From assembly GCA_963662545.2 (NCBI GenBank), contig CAXXLL010000002.1:2527135-2591134 (forward strand): DNA of 64,000 nucleotides, written 5' to 3'. Numbering within the stretch: position 1 is the stretch's first letter; each line of letters starts with the position of its first letter. The notes below the pieces were generated by a model. It made no database searches. It saw only the letters and a program-made list of their open reading frames with translations, and was not told the DNA's origin. Origin of the DNA: Gammaproteobacteria bacterium (GTDB taxonomy: Bacteria; Pseudomonadota; Gammaproteobacteria; Ga0077536). The translations under genes were made by a program, and so were the position numbers. Of this stretch, positions 32,158-42,792 are shown in pieces.

Positions 32158-32480
32158 AACTTAAAAGTTAACATATTGATTAATAGATAGTTCATTCATT
32201 TAAATAATATCCGGCCCCCCGATTAGCCCCCAATCTGATCGTTGCCGCGGTCCTATCCGTCCGCTTCCTGGCGGCCGTGCGTGACGACAACACCCCCGCC
32301 AGGTAGGCGTCGATAAGTATTTCCAATCATTGCAGCCAACCAAACTTCCTTGAACCGGCCAGCGACGGCCCGGCTTTGAAAACGCATTCCGAAGGGCCTG
32401 GGAATTAAGAGTCACCTGGTGCAATTTAATTCGGCGCGTAACGTACTGAAGCGGCGAGTAATGTCCAGTTAGACTTTTGG

Positions 32481-32504
32481 AAGTTACCGTCAAAGTTACC
32501 GTCA
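32481..32504. repeat. 12-bp direct repeat, candidate integrase arm-type sites
   Basis: aagttaccgtca twice in tandem. Confidence 0.55.
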
Positions 32505-32602
32505 GCAGGATCGAGCTTCTAATCTAGAACTCAGGTGTAAAAACTCAGACTTGTTCTTACAGATGTCGATTCTAATTTTCGACCGTATCTGGCAACCGCC
32601 GA

Positions 32603-32674
32603 ATGTCTCCTGCGCTCGATAGCGGACGTTCGCGCGAAAGGCTCGTGAGTCCGTTATGTGCCCGAAGCGGTCAT
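32603..32674 (+). repeat. Two-unit variant of the palindromic repeat
   Basis: atgtctcctgcgctcgatagcggacgt ... gtccgttatgtgcccgaagcggtcat. Confidence 0.6.
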
Positions 32675-32781
32675 CACTACAAACTCCGCAACGGTTAGTT
32701 CCTGCTCGAACAGTCGGGAAGAAACGGGTGGATCTGACCTGCCCCTACGAACTGGTCCAGTTTTCTGATGGCAGCTCACTC

Positions 32782-33555
32782 CTACGCCATATTCTTCACC
32801 ATCCCGCCGTCGATGTCATAAGCTGCACCAGTGATAAAGCTAGCCCGTTCTGAGGACAGAAACGCAACCAGGTCGGCAATCTCCTCAGGGCGGCCAAACC
32901 GGCCTAGCGGAATATTCGCGGCGGCAAAGTCATTAATCATGCCATCCGGATCGTCAGGATTAAACGTCTTGGCCAGACCATCCCACAATGGCGTACGCGT
33001 TGGTCCTGGACAGACTGCGTTGACCAGTATGTTTTCCTTGGCCAACTCGTCGGCCAGGGTTTTGGTGAGACTGATAACTGCTGCTTTGGTGGTGTTGTAG
33101 TCGATCAAGCCCGCGTTAGGCTGTTTGCCGAAGATCGAAGAAATATTGACAATCCGACCCCATTTCTGTTTCTGCATCAGGGGAACGGCAAGCCGCGAAC
33201 AGCGAATCACGCTGAACAGGTTGATATCAAGATTGTCCTGCCACTCCTTGTCGGATAGATCCAGTCCTTGGCTCAGGTGATACCAGCCAGCATTGTTGAC
33301 CAGGATGTCAAGTTTGCCGAAGTGCTTCACAGTGCTATCAAAAAGTTGTGTGATGTCTGCCGCCTTGCTCACATCAGCCTGGATTGCTAGTGCGTTGGGA
33401 CCCAGAGCTTGTGCAGTACGGTTCAATTGCTCCTCGCCGCGCGCGCAGATAACGACTCGTGCTCCCTCTTTGACTAGGCGCTGGGCCATGGCCTCGCCCA
33501 GCCCATAGCTCGCTCCAGTAATGACCGCTACGCGGTCTTTTAAACCAAGGTCCAT
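32782..33555 (-). CDS. SDR oxidoreductase (3-oxoacyl-ACP reductase-like)
   Basis: TGASYGLG, NNAG, YNTTK, PLGRFGRPEE. Confidence 0.92.
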   Translation of the reverse strand: MDLGLKDRVAVITGASYGLGEAMAQRLVKEGARVVICARGEEQLNRTAQALGPNALAIQADVSKAADITQLFDSTVKHFGKLDILVNNAGWYHLSQGLDLSDKEWQDNLDINLFSVIRCSRLAVPLMQKQKWGRIVNISSIFGKQPNAGLIDYNTTKAAVISLTKTLADELAKENILVNAVCPGPTRTPLWDGLAKTFNPDDPDGMINDFAAANIPLGRFGRPEEIADLVAFLSSERASFITGAAYDIDGGMVKNMA

Positions 33556-33824
33556 ATCACCCTCCTTCCGACGTAATTACCTCTAGATCCGCGCGAACAC
33601 GACAGCTCTAGGAAAAAAAGGAAATTTGTGGTCCAAATATCGGGACGTATCTCCTCACTCCTGGTCCCTCACAAGCGCCGCTGCGACCGGGCTCCAGTTC
33701 TGCAAGCCACAGGCCAAACGCCACGCCGATGAACTTCGATCGGAGTATAGGCAGAATAAAAGGTCTTTTCCCCAAGTGCATCGAGTATCCCCAGGTCATC
33801 AAACAGTGGTCAATCTGTGCTTCG

Positions 33825-33897
33825 ATGCGATGTTGGCCTGAATAGCGAACCTGAGTCGGGAGAACCCTGCTGACCGCTAATGACCGAACCCGGCTGT
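33825..33897 (+). repeat. Degenerate two-unit variant of the palindromic repeat
   Basis: ttggcctgaatagcgaacct ... gaccgctaatgaccgaacccggctgt. Confidence 0.45.
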
Positions 33898-34035
33898 AGC
33901 TTGATGCAAAGCGACCGTCGGCTTACGGGAAAGCTGACGCTCAGAATCGCGTCTATATCGTCTCAAATGTGCTCAGTACGGTCCTTTCTAATGTCACGCG
34001 TCGGACTCGCTCGCTTCTTAGGTAGCGCTCGCGAT

Positions 34036-34250
34036 TCATCTTATGGCCGCACTTGTATTGCTCATAATCCGCTCTACTTCATGTCGAAACCCTTTTTCGA
34101 ACTCATTGCCATAATTGTCCCAAAACCATTTGCCACCGTTAGTAGATAGTGTACGTCTGATGGCAGGTATTTGAGCTTCCCAAGTGTCGTTCGCCAACTC
34201 GGCGTAAGCGCTCTGAGCGTAGACGTTTGCCTGTGACATTAAGGCTCGGC
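34036..34250 (-). pseudogene. C-terminal fragment of the family-X membrane-anchored protein
   Basis: LANDTWEAQ...STNGGKWFWD...FEKGFRHEVE aligns by eye with the C-terminus of 46840-47328. Confidence 0.6.
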
Positions 34251-34322
34251 ATGTTCTCTTGTGGTGATCCCGGTTCGAAGGTTGCGGCGGTGTGATACCC
34301 CCTTGCACAGACAGCACGTCCT

Positions 34323-34568
34323 GCTCACGCCGGCACAGTTCAGCGATCGAATGCTCTCCTCGCAACCTTTCTATCACGATGCGGATCTTTTCTTCCGCTG
34401 AGTATTGTTTCCGTGTTGCCCGTCGGATGCTCTTTACATGCTGTTCTGCGGTCTGTTGAGACCTCGATTTATTGTTCATCTTCGCTCTCGGTGGTGAGCT
34501 TCGATGAACCAGCATCTCTCCGTTAACTAAATCCCGCAACTGGTCTCATGAATGCTGACGTCGGACAA
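34323..34568 (-). pseudogene. IS3-family orfA fragment with IS end
   Basis: IRRATRKQYSAEEKIRIV..LRGEHSIAELCRRE. Confidence 0.8.
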
Positions 34569-34578
34569 TTAGCACCGC

Positions 34579-34884
34579 TCACAATAAAGAATCAGGCCGC
34601 AGCTGTATCTTGGTCGGCGCCTCCATTCGCTCTTGCGAGAACCCTGTGGTGTCGTTAATTTTCAGTTTACAGGTCTTCTCTTTCGCGCACCGCGCCCGCT
34701 GCACCCGCATTACCCTCGCCAGACTCCGCAGAAGCATTCGTGTGCCCCCCTTACAGGCGTTTTGTGCCGAAGTTTCCTTCCCGCTTTGGCTGGTCGGGCC
34801 GGTCGATTTCGCCCACGGCCTCCAATTCTGAATCAGTTGCGCCTGCCTTGCCCGCCGCTCCGGTGTCCAACCATTCGCTGCCAT
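34579..34884 (-). CDS. Small phage/island protein (STGP motif, HGGxSTG-like)
   Basis: WTPERRARQA.LI..WRPW.KSTGP...GK. Confidence 0.6.
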   Translation of the reverse strand: MAANGWTPERRARQAQLIQNWRPWAKSTGPTSQSGKETSAQNACKGGTRMLLRSLARVMRVQRARCAKEKTCKLKINDTTGFSQERMEAPTKIQLRPDSLL

Positions 34885-35437
34885 GTTTCTGCTCCAATAG
34901 TTCGTTTGGCGGAATTTTGTTTTCCCGTGCGCAAGGATCGCCGCTTTTTTTAATATCCGCATTGTTTATCTGCTGGTGACCGTGCGCAATATTCGCTTGA
35001 CCGACGTAGCCCGCCATCGGCGGATTCTTGATGGCCGATAGCGCCTCCCACGTTGCCCGACATTGAGACTGAGCACGCAGCGCAAGTTTCATGTACGTCT
35101 CTGCCGCCCCCATATACTCACCCATATTGAGAATTGCGCGCTGGACGAGGGTGTGAAATAACGCGTCCAGCGTATGCGCCTGTGTCGCAAGCATCGCTTC
35201 ACCACGACCCAGGTCGCCCTCGTTTGCTGACTTCGTCTGCTCCGACAGCGCTTCCATTAGTCCTGTAAGGTCTTGCTCGCCGAATTGTTGCGTGAGCGCC
35301 TTAACCGTAACCGCAGCCTGCACGGTGGGACGGAGTACTGTACGAGCTTTTGCGACGCCCTCATCGTCATCGGGCTTAGTACTTGCAGTAATCTGGTTCG
35401 CGTCACGCTTTTTGGTAGATTTTCGTTTACTCGCCAT
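34751..35437 (-). CDS. Conserved hypothetical protein of integrative elements
   Basis: 228 aa; ALRAQSQCRATWEAL..IKNP, QANIAHGHQQ; directly downstream of the primase. Confidence 0.65.
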   Translation of the reverse strand: MASKRKSTKKRDANQITASTKPDDDEGVAKARTVLRPTVQAAVTVKALTQQFGEQDLTGLMEALSEQTKSANEGDLGRGEAMLATQAHTLDALFHTLVQRAILNMGEYMGAAETYMKLALRAQSQCRATWEALSAIKNPPMAGYVGQANIAHGHQQINNADIKKSGDPCARENKIPPNELLEQKHGSEWLDTGAAGKAGATDSELEAVGEIDRPDQPKREGNFGTKRL

Positions 35438-35475
35438 TTGGCTAATCTCAATTAATTAGGAAGATGAGTGACTTT

Positions 35476-37523
35476 CTATTCACCGCGGCTGGCACGAGCA
35501 TATGCGTTGCGGTCACTGACAGTTTTCGCACACCCGTCGACAGAAACCGACAAAACCGGCGAAACCGATTCCACGACTTCTATTCGCCAATGCTCTGATG
35601 ACCCATTGCCACTTCCGCGGATGATCTTTTTGCCATCAACGATCCGGCCCGCGTGACGACGTATCCACCAACCCACTTTTCTACGATTAATTTCCCCGCG
35701 TTCGCTGGCAATGTCGTGCAGTACTTCTCGAAGCTCGACATTTACATCGCAATACTCGGTAGGATGTTTGACGGCTTCTCGGACCATTGCGGGCGTTTTT
35801 CTAAAAACGCTGAACCACGCCTCTAAAAGACGCGATAAGATTTCTCGGTCGGGGTCGTCGGCGATAGCCTCGAACACGGACGCGGTGGGGTCTTCGCATC
35901 CTAGCCACATCATCGGCTGCCGGCAAAAATCTGACCAGACGCCGTAGCTGGCTAAGGGCTTACATGGTGACTTGGGTCTACCGGCGACGATCCAAGCGCG
36001 AATGATTGTCAGCGCGGCGGCAACGTAACGATCACGGTCGCGGAGAACTTCCTGGATCAGATCCGGGCGCTCAAATTCTCGCGCTGCGGGCACTTCACAT
36101 TGCGGAGAAAGATTAATTGCGATGCAACGCCGCGTCATATCTTGAACCGGTCCGACGTTGTTTCCGCTGGATAGAAAAAGCGCCCGAGTACCGACTGCGG
36201 CCGTTTTTGAAACACCAAGAATCCGGCCACTAATATACTCCGATGTCAGCGCCGTACAGAGGCTCTTGTGTGCAACCAAATCACTCGTGAGGTTATCGAA
36301 CTCGATAACCGCAGGCGCGCGCAGTAACTCGGCAAGTAAAAGTTTGCGGCACTCTTCGTCGTCGCGGGGAAACGTTGTCGGCGTGCCGCGCTTCGGGGTC
36401 GCGAACGCTGTAATCAGCTCACAAAGATAAGACTTTCCAGAGCCAACCATATGCGCTCGTGCGTGGAACATGGGCGCTGCGGGTAAGCTCGGACGAATTG
36501 CCGCGGTCAAGATGGCGGTCAACGCGGCGGCGCGATCCACGTCGCCGGCAAAACTGAACTCGGCCAGCAGGTCGCTCAACGTTGTTAAAGCGGTCTTTGC
36601 TTCAGCGTACGTTGGCCGCTCCGGAATAGTAAAATTCCGAGCATCAAATACGCCGAACATTCTGGTTGTCGTATCGTACCCTGCTGATCCCATTAGCGAG
36701 CCATCTTCACGGAGATAAGGCTGCCGGGCGATCCCGTGAAGCACTGCCAAGTGCGCATAGCTGATAGAGTCAAACAGGACTGAAGCGTGCCGCGCTGGCG
36801 GGTCCGTGCGCGACCATGTTTGCGACCGCGCATCGTATCGTTCCCACGTTGCTGCGCCAGCCAGCGCACGCACCAAAGCGGGCTGGGTAATTTCCTGGAC
36901 CCTTGTGTCGCGTGTGCCTGGGTCGGTGGTCACGGTAACGATCAATCCGCCGCGTTGATAGTATCGACCGGCTTCCGCAAGCTGATGCTCGGCAGCATCG
37001 ACTATACGGTGGATTTCGCCTGGGATGATCCGGATCGTTGGCTTCATCCGCGCCGCCCCGACTTCTACGCTAAGAAGCTCCAATAGATCGCGAATGTGAC
37101 GTTCGGCACAGTGACCGTGGAAACATTTGAACCCGCCGATCGGCCAGCTGTCGTCAGGTTCGAAATATGCAGCACCGGTATCAACCTGGTCAGTATGCTC
37201 CCGGACCCACGGGCAGGTAATAGCGTGCTTGCCGTCGCCAAGCGGAGCCTTATAAAGATCCCGCTCACGCAATGAGGCAGTGACGGCGTTGTCGTCGGGA
37301 CGCGGAATACACACGGCGTCATCGAAGTCGGGACGGGCTACCGGAAGTTGTGCCCCCCGCTTTCGCGCATGTCGGGGCTCAACCATATCGAGTTGAAGAC
37401 CGTTGACAATTTCATCGACCGAGTACCGATTTTCGGGAGCCCAAGTATCGAGAAAGCATTCGAAAGGCGGGTTATGTTTTCCGTTGACCGCTACAGGTAG
37501 GCGCGCCAATCGCGCGCGAGGAC
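35476..37523 (-). pseudogene. Primase/helicase-like replication protein, 5'-truncated by IS21
   Basis: RLP...NGK, CPW..EH...CFHGHC Zn-finger-like motif, Walker A GSGKS; frame runs into the IS21 end. Confidence 0.7.
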
Positions 37524-37723
37524 TGTCAACGGCGGAGCAAAATTAGTCCACCCGGGCGGAGCAAAACTAGTCCACTTAACGTTATGCGGTACGCAGTGTT
37601 GGGGGGTTGTCCCGGTAGTCCATAGGAGGGACCCGCGCTGCTTCGTGTAGCGCTTGCGTTACGCGGAGCGAAGCAGCGTGGGAGGTTCCTGTGGACCCAC
37701 CGGGTCAACCTTGAGTTCGGTGG

Positions 37724-38494
37724 TCAAGCAGGCGTATTTGGGGATTTCCGCCGTTTTTGGCTTTGGTTGAGACGATAGCTCTCGCCGTTCATTTCCAGGA
37801 TATGGACAGGGTGGGTCAGGCGGTCCAGCAAAGCCCCGGTCAGACGTTCCGAGCCGAATATCTCCGTCCACTCATCGAACGGCAAGTTGGAGGTCACCAT
37901 GATCGAGCCCCGCTCGTAGCGCTGGCTGAAGACTTCGAACAGCAGCTCGGCGCCGGTCTTCGAGAGCGGCACGAAGCCGAGTTCGTCGATGATCAGAAGG
38001 TGATACTTTGCCAGTTGCTTCTGCAGGCGCAACAGGCGTTTTTCATCCCTGGCCTCCATCAGTTCATGAACCAGGGCGGCGGCCGTGATGAAGCCGACGG
38101 AGAGCCCCTTTTGGCAGGCCGCCAGACCGAGACCGAGGGCGATATGGGTCTTGCCGGTTCCGCTGTTGCCGAGCGCGATGATATTCTCACGACGCTCTAC
38201 GTATTCGCATCGCGCCAACTCCAGAACCAGCATCTTGTTGAGCGAGGCGATGGCCTTGAAGTCGAAGCTGTCGAGGCTTTTGACGGCGGGGAACCTGGCC
38301 TGTCTGCTCCGCCGCTCGACCATGCGGCGCTCACGGTCGATCAGTTCCAACTCGGTCAGACGGACAAGATACCGCACAGGGTCGGCGCCCTCGGTGGCGC
38401 ATTGGCGGGCCAGCTTGTCGTATTCGCGCAGGAACGTCGGCAGTTTCAGGGTCTTGAGGTGATGGGCCAGCAACACTTGCGGCGTATCGGTCAT
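37724..38494 (-). CDS. istB: IS21 helper ATPase
   Basis: GNSGTGKT, LLIIDELG, TSNLPF, ALLDRL. Confidence 0.95.
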   Translation of the reverse strand: MTDTPQVLLAHHLKTLKLPTFLREYDKLARQCATEGADPVRYLVRLTELELIDRERRMVERRSRQARFPAVKSLDSFDFKAIASLNKMLVLELARCEYVERRENIIALGNSGTGKTHIALGLGLAACQKGLSVGFITAAALVHELMEARDEKRLLRLQKQLAKYHLLIIDELGFVPLSKTGAELLFEVFSQRYERGSIMVTSNLPFDEWTEIFGSERLTGALLDRLTHPVHILEMNGESYRLNQSQKRRKSPNTPA

Positions 38495-40005
38495 GACGCG
38501 CCTCCACCCAACAAGCTCATATAACTGGCGGCGGCCGTGGTCGCCACGTTGGCCCGAGGCAGGTAGGGATAGATATCCAGGTCGAGTTTGGGCGGGCGTC
38601 GCTCGATACGGCACAGCACAAGGTGTTTGACGGCGTCGTAGCCGATCGCGCCCAGGCGCAGGGCGTCCTTCACCGCGCCGTGAAGCACCTCGAGATCGAA
38701 GGTCTCCAGAAGCCGAAGGACCTGGACGTATTCCCGCTTGCCGGCCTTGCCCATGCGCGCCTCCAGGAGACGGCGCAGGGTTGGGAAGGCATCAGGCAGT
38801 TCCCATCCGGCTAGCGGCGCGGCCTGATCCAGGGCACCGATCTTGTGCTCCAGCAAAGGCAGGTAGTGGATCGGATCGAAGACCCTATCTTCCCGGTCGT
38901 AGGAACGGGGGTGTCGGGCAATGATCCCGGCGCCGCAACCGATAACCACCTCGTGGACATAGCCACGGACCCAGACCTCTTGGTGGCCGTAGGCGACGGG
39001 CACGGAATAGTCATTCGTCCGGTAGCGCACCAGGGACAGCGAGTTGACCCGCGTGCCCTGCTTGTCGCACGCGTCGAACGGTGCCGGCAGTGGCCTCTTC
39101 AACGCTTCGCGGTCACGCACAAACCGTTCGCCGATGCTCTCGCGGTGGCCGCGCAGGACGTCGTCTTGCCGTTTGCGGCATTGTTCCTCCAGGTAAGCGT
39201 TGAAGGCGTCCCAGCTCGCGAACCGGGGAAGCGGCGTCATGAAGTTCCGTCGGGCGTAGCCAACCACCCCCTCAACATTGCCTTTGTCGTTGCCCTTGCC
39301 GGGACGGCCGTAACGGTCCTCGAAGAGGTAATGGGACTGCAGTCCGCTGAACGCTCGCGTTCGTTGTCGCGTGCCATCCGGCAAGATGCGCGACACCAGG
39401 CACTTGTCGTTGTCGTAGAGAATCGATCGGGGAACACCGCCGAAGAAGGCGAAGGTTCTGTTGTGCCCGTCCAGCCAGGCCTCCGTCGTCGCTGACGGGT
39501 AGGCCGCAACGAAGCAGGCATCGCTGTGGGGAAGTGTCATGACGAAAAAATGCGCCCGATACTTGACGCCGGCGATGATCGCATCCGCCTCGCCAAAGTC
39601 CGCTTGAGCATGGCCCGGAGGATGTGACAACGGCACAAACATCTCACGCCGACGAAGGCGCCGTTCCCGAACGTAATCCTTCACGATGGTCTCTTTGCCC
39701 GTGAAGCCATGTTCGTCGCGAAGGCGCTCGAATATACGCTTCGCCGTGTGGTGCTGCTTACGGTGAACCGTTCGGTCCTCCTCCAGAATACGGTCGATGA
39801 TATCCGTGAAGGGGGCCCGTTTCGGGCGTTTCGGTGGCTGGCGTCGCCGATATCCCGGCGGTTCCGAATGCCGCAGCATCTTCCTCACCGTCTCGCGCGC
39901 AATGCCAAACCGACTTGCCGCCTCTCGCTGGCTCAGACCATCAACATGGCAGGCCAGCCGAACGCGCAGATATAGGTCCACGGTGTACATCCTCCCGCCT
40001 TCCAT
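38491..40005 (-). CDS. istA: IS21 transposase
   Basis: HTH, QADFG, LYDND, KGNVE. Confidence 0.95.
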   Translation of the reverse strand: MEGGRMYTVDLYLRVRLACHVDGLSQREAASRFGIARETVRKMLRHSEPPGYRRRQPPKRPKRAPFTDIIDRILEEDRTVHRKQHHTAKRIFERLRDEHGFTGKETIVKDYVRERRLRRREMFVPLSHPPGHAQADFGEADAIIAGVKYRAHFFVMTLPHSDACFVAAYPSATTEAWLDGHNRTFAFFGGVPRSILYDNDKCLVSRILPDGTRQRTRAFSGLQSHYLFEDRYGRPGKGNDKGNVEGVVGYARRNFMTPLPRFASWDAFNAYLEEQCRKRQDDVLRGHRESIGERFVRDREALKRPLPAPFDACDKQGTRVNSLSLVRYRTNDYSVPVAYGHQEVWVRGYVHEVVIGCGAGIIARHPRSYDREDRVFDPIHYLPLLEHKIGALDQAAPLAGWELPDAFPTLRRLLEARMGKAGKREYVQVLRLLETFDLEVLHGAVKDALRLGAIGYDAVKHLVLCRIERRPPKLDLDIYPYLPRANVATTAAASYMSLLGGGAS

Positions 40006-40106
40006 CTCAAAAAAGATCGAAGGCTACAGGTGGCAGAGTTTTACTCCGCCCGCGGCTGGGAAATCCCGCCGCTTCCGTGGACTAATTTGTCACCGCCGTT
40101 CTCACA

Positions 40107-40164
40107 GCCATGAGCGGCAGTGAAGGAAGAGGGCCGTCAAGCGTTGGCTGGAGCTTGTTAGGCG
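40107..40164 (-). other. Truncated attC-like site
   Basis: GCCTAAC (RYYYAAC) 1 nt after the stop codon, then ctccagccaacgc; cut by IS21; homologous to 46775-46845. Confidence 0.55.
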
Positions 40165-42183
40165 TCACCTGGTCTTATACTCGGTTTTATCAAGCGTATC
40201 GACGAAGTGACGAAATGTTGGGTCGTAGTATTCACGCCTCAACTCCCAAACCCGCAGAAAGGATTGCGCTGAAAGAAATGAGGCGTGCTGTTTAACCATT
40301 ACGTCCCAAATATATCCATCTAGCCTTCCTTCTCTGTGTTGGTGGAACGCTTCTTCCCAGACGCGGAGGATTCGTTGAATTCCGGCGATTAGTACGTAAA
40401 TATCGGTGTCTGACAGAGCGTCAAAGTTCTCGTTGCCTCGCACGGAACCTGTCAATGAAAATAGGACACATGGTTTCGAAGTTCAATGTCTATTCTGATT
40501 GGCAGCGGCTCTCCTTTTTGGTTTGAACTGGCGGATTGATCCATACGGCCGTCGGCAGCGGCGTGACCGTGGGTGCGGCATATTTGAAGCGCTCGGGATG
40601 GGCCGCGAACGCTTGGTTTAGGGCCTGCTGGCGCCCTGCCAGTATGCCGTCGGCAAGACCGTAATGAACGGCGTGCGGCGTCAACATCGTGATACCGGAG
40701 TGCTTGTGCTCGAGGTTGTACCAATTGAAGAAGGACTGACTGTGTCTTGCGGCAGCACCGATGTGGGGGAACCGTCCTGGGAACCCCGGTCGATATTTGA
40801 GCGTTTTGAATTGCGCCTAGGAGAACGGATTATCATCACTGGTATGCGGCCGCGAGTGAGACTTGATCACGCCGAGATCCACCAGCAGTTGAGCGACCAA
40901 CTTCGACTTCATAGATGAGCCGCGGTCGGCGTGCAACGTCAACTGGCCTTCGACGATGTCCTGTTTCGCGCAGATCTCAGTGATCAGCCGTTTGGCCAGC
41001 ACCGCCGCTTCACGTTCAGCCACCATCCAGCCCACCACGTAGCGGCTGTACAGGTCCAGGATGACGTATAGGTAGAAATACTGCCACGTAACCGGCCCCT
41101 TGAGTTTGGTGATGTCCCACGACCAGCATTGGTTCGGTACCCTGGCGACCAACTCCGGCTTCGCGTAGTGCACCCGGCGGTGTCCACGACGCCGCTCTCG
41201 CACCTGCTGATGCTCATGCAAGATCCGATACATCGTTCGCGCTGAGCACAGATAGGTGCCGTCATCGAGTAGATTAGCCACCACGGTGGCCGGTGTTTGA
41301 TCGACGAATGCTGGCGAGACCAAAACCTCATGGATGTGCTGGCGTTCGCCCTCACTGAGTTTCAATGGCGGTGGCGCTCGCCGCGTGGCAAGCTTGGGAC
41401 GTCGAAAACGGTAGTACCGTGACCGATGCACATTGAGTGCCGCGCAGGCGCCTCGTGTGCCCACGGATCCACCCAGCGCTGTGACCGCGTTCATGACGAC
41501 TCCTTGTCGTCGGGCATCGCCGCCAGGATGGACGAGAGTTTTTTTTGAACATCAATGATAGTGCGGGCCTTCTCAAGTTCGTGCTCCAACTTCGCATTAC
41601 GACGACGCAGCTGCTCGAGCACGCGCCGATCTACCGGGTCCAGCGTTGGTCTGGGCCCGCGCTTGTTGTTCTTGAGCGCCTGCAGCGTTCCCTCACGCCG
41701 TAACCGACGCCAGGTGCTCAAGTGGGACGAATATAGTCCTTCTCGGCGCAGTAGCGCACCGACCTCACCATGCCCCTGGCACTGATCGGCCTGCTCTAGG
41801 ATCGACAGCTTGTAGGCGGTCGTAAAGGCGCGTCGAATCGTCTTCGATTTGACCTGTGGATCAGGCGTTTCGTCGCTTGACCCCGGTTTCTCTTCGATCA
41901 TTGAATGATTGTTCTGTAACATTTGATGGACTCACTTTCTACAATAAACTATTTCTAGAAAGTGTCCTGTTCATACTGGCAGATTCGGCATGATAATGTC
42001 TGCTTTCTCTAAGTCTGAGAACGTCCCGATACTCTCCCGGAACGCTTCTGAAATTTCATGCATCGCCGACATACGCGCTTCTCGATTCTGAGCACGAATT
42101 TGCACAGCGAGGTAGGCGAGGGTCACAACAACAGCGCCGGCACCAATGATTTCCGCAAGAACTCCGATTGATTCCCAGTTCAT
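40165..42183 (-). pseudogene. Family-X membrane-anchored protein split by IS3
   Basis: Removing 40443-41988 and one TG joins ...KADIIM to RGNENFDAL... in frame. Confidence 0.8.
40443..41988 (-). mobile_element. IS3-family element; orfA 41491-41922, orfB 40490-41494 with a premature TAG at 40817
   Basis: Imperfect inverted repeats, A8 run near the orfA end, WSWDIT / HADRGS / DNPFS*AQFKTLKY. Confidence 0.88.
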
Positions 42184-42244
42184 CTTTCAATCCCTGTCCA
42201 CAAAACCAAAGGGGGCAGAATATCCGAGGGGATTGGAAACCTGA

Positions 42245-42390
42245 ACGACCGATTCTGTACGACAGCCGAAGTCGGCGTTCCGCATCGCTCTTGCAGCAGT
42301 TTGACGACCGCTTCTGGGGAAATCGCAGACGTTATTTAGAGCAATGCTGCACTGCGGTGGTTAGGCCGCTGACGACCCATAACGGCCATC
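42245..42390 (+). repeat. Composite repeat R2 (units 0+A+B, unoccupied)
   Basis: ...cagccgaagt-33nt-gaccgcttctggggaaatcgcagacgt-31nt-ggccgctgacgacccataacggccat. Confidence 0.88.
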
Positions 42391-42792
42391 GGCAGCAAAT
42401 TTACCGCGATTACTATTGACCGAAACGGAAGCGAAGGGAAAGCCGCAGATCGCCTTTTTTATGTCGTCAACGAATTCGGGCAGCGCCCTTTTTATAACGC
42501 CAATAAAAATTGCCCCCGGTGTTCAGGGAAACCAGCGGGGGCAATTAGGGTAGGGATCTTGCAACTTAATTATAGTACACAGCGTCACCTGGTGCCTTTT
42601 GAAAACGGGCTACAAAACGGCCATTCCACCGAAACACCAACCCCAACCCATGGGTAACCCTACGCTGACCTGATTAGGCCAACACGCGCCCCGAAAAGGG
42701 GCATTTCCGGCGAGCCAGGGCCACTCGAATATTCAGCACACGACAAGGTATACGGAGTTGGCGGCGAATCGGTTTAATGGGTTTTGGAAGGA

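Larger units (their letters stand above)
37524..40106 (-). mobile_element. IS21-family element
   Basis: TG...CA ends (tgtcaacggcgg / ccgccgttctcaca), repeated ggcggagcaaaa.tagtccac, istA-istB. Confidence 0.93.

Noticed and set aside
34036-34539. 167-aa ORF as one gene
   Set aside because: Chance in-frame fusion of an IS3 orfA fragment and a family-X fragment.
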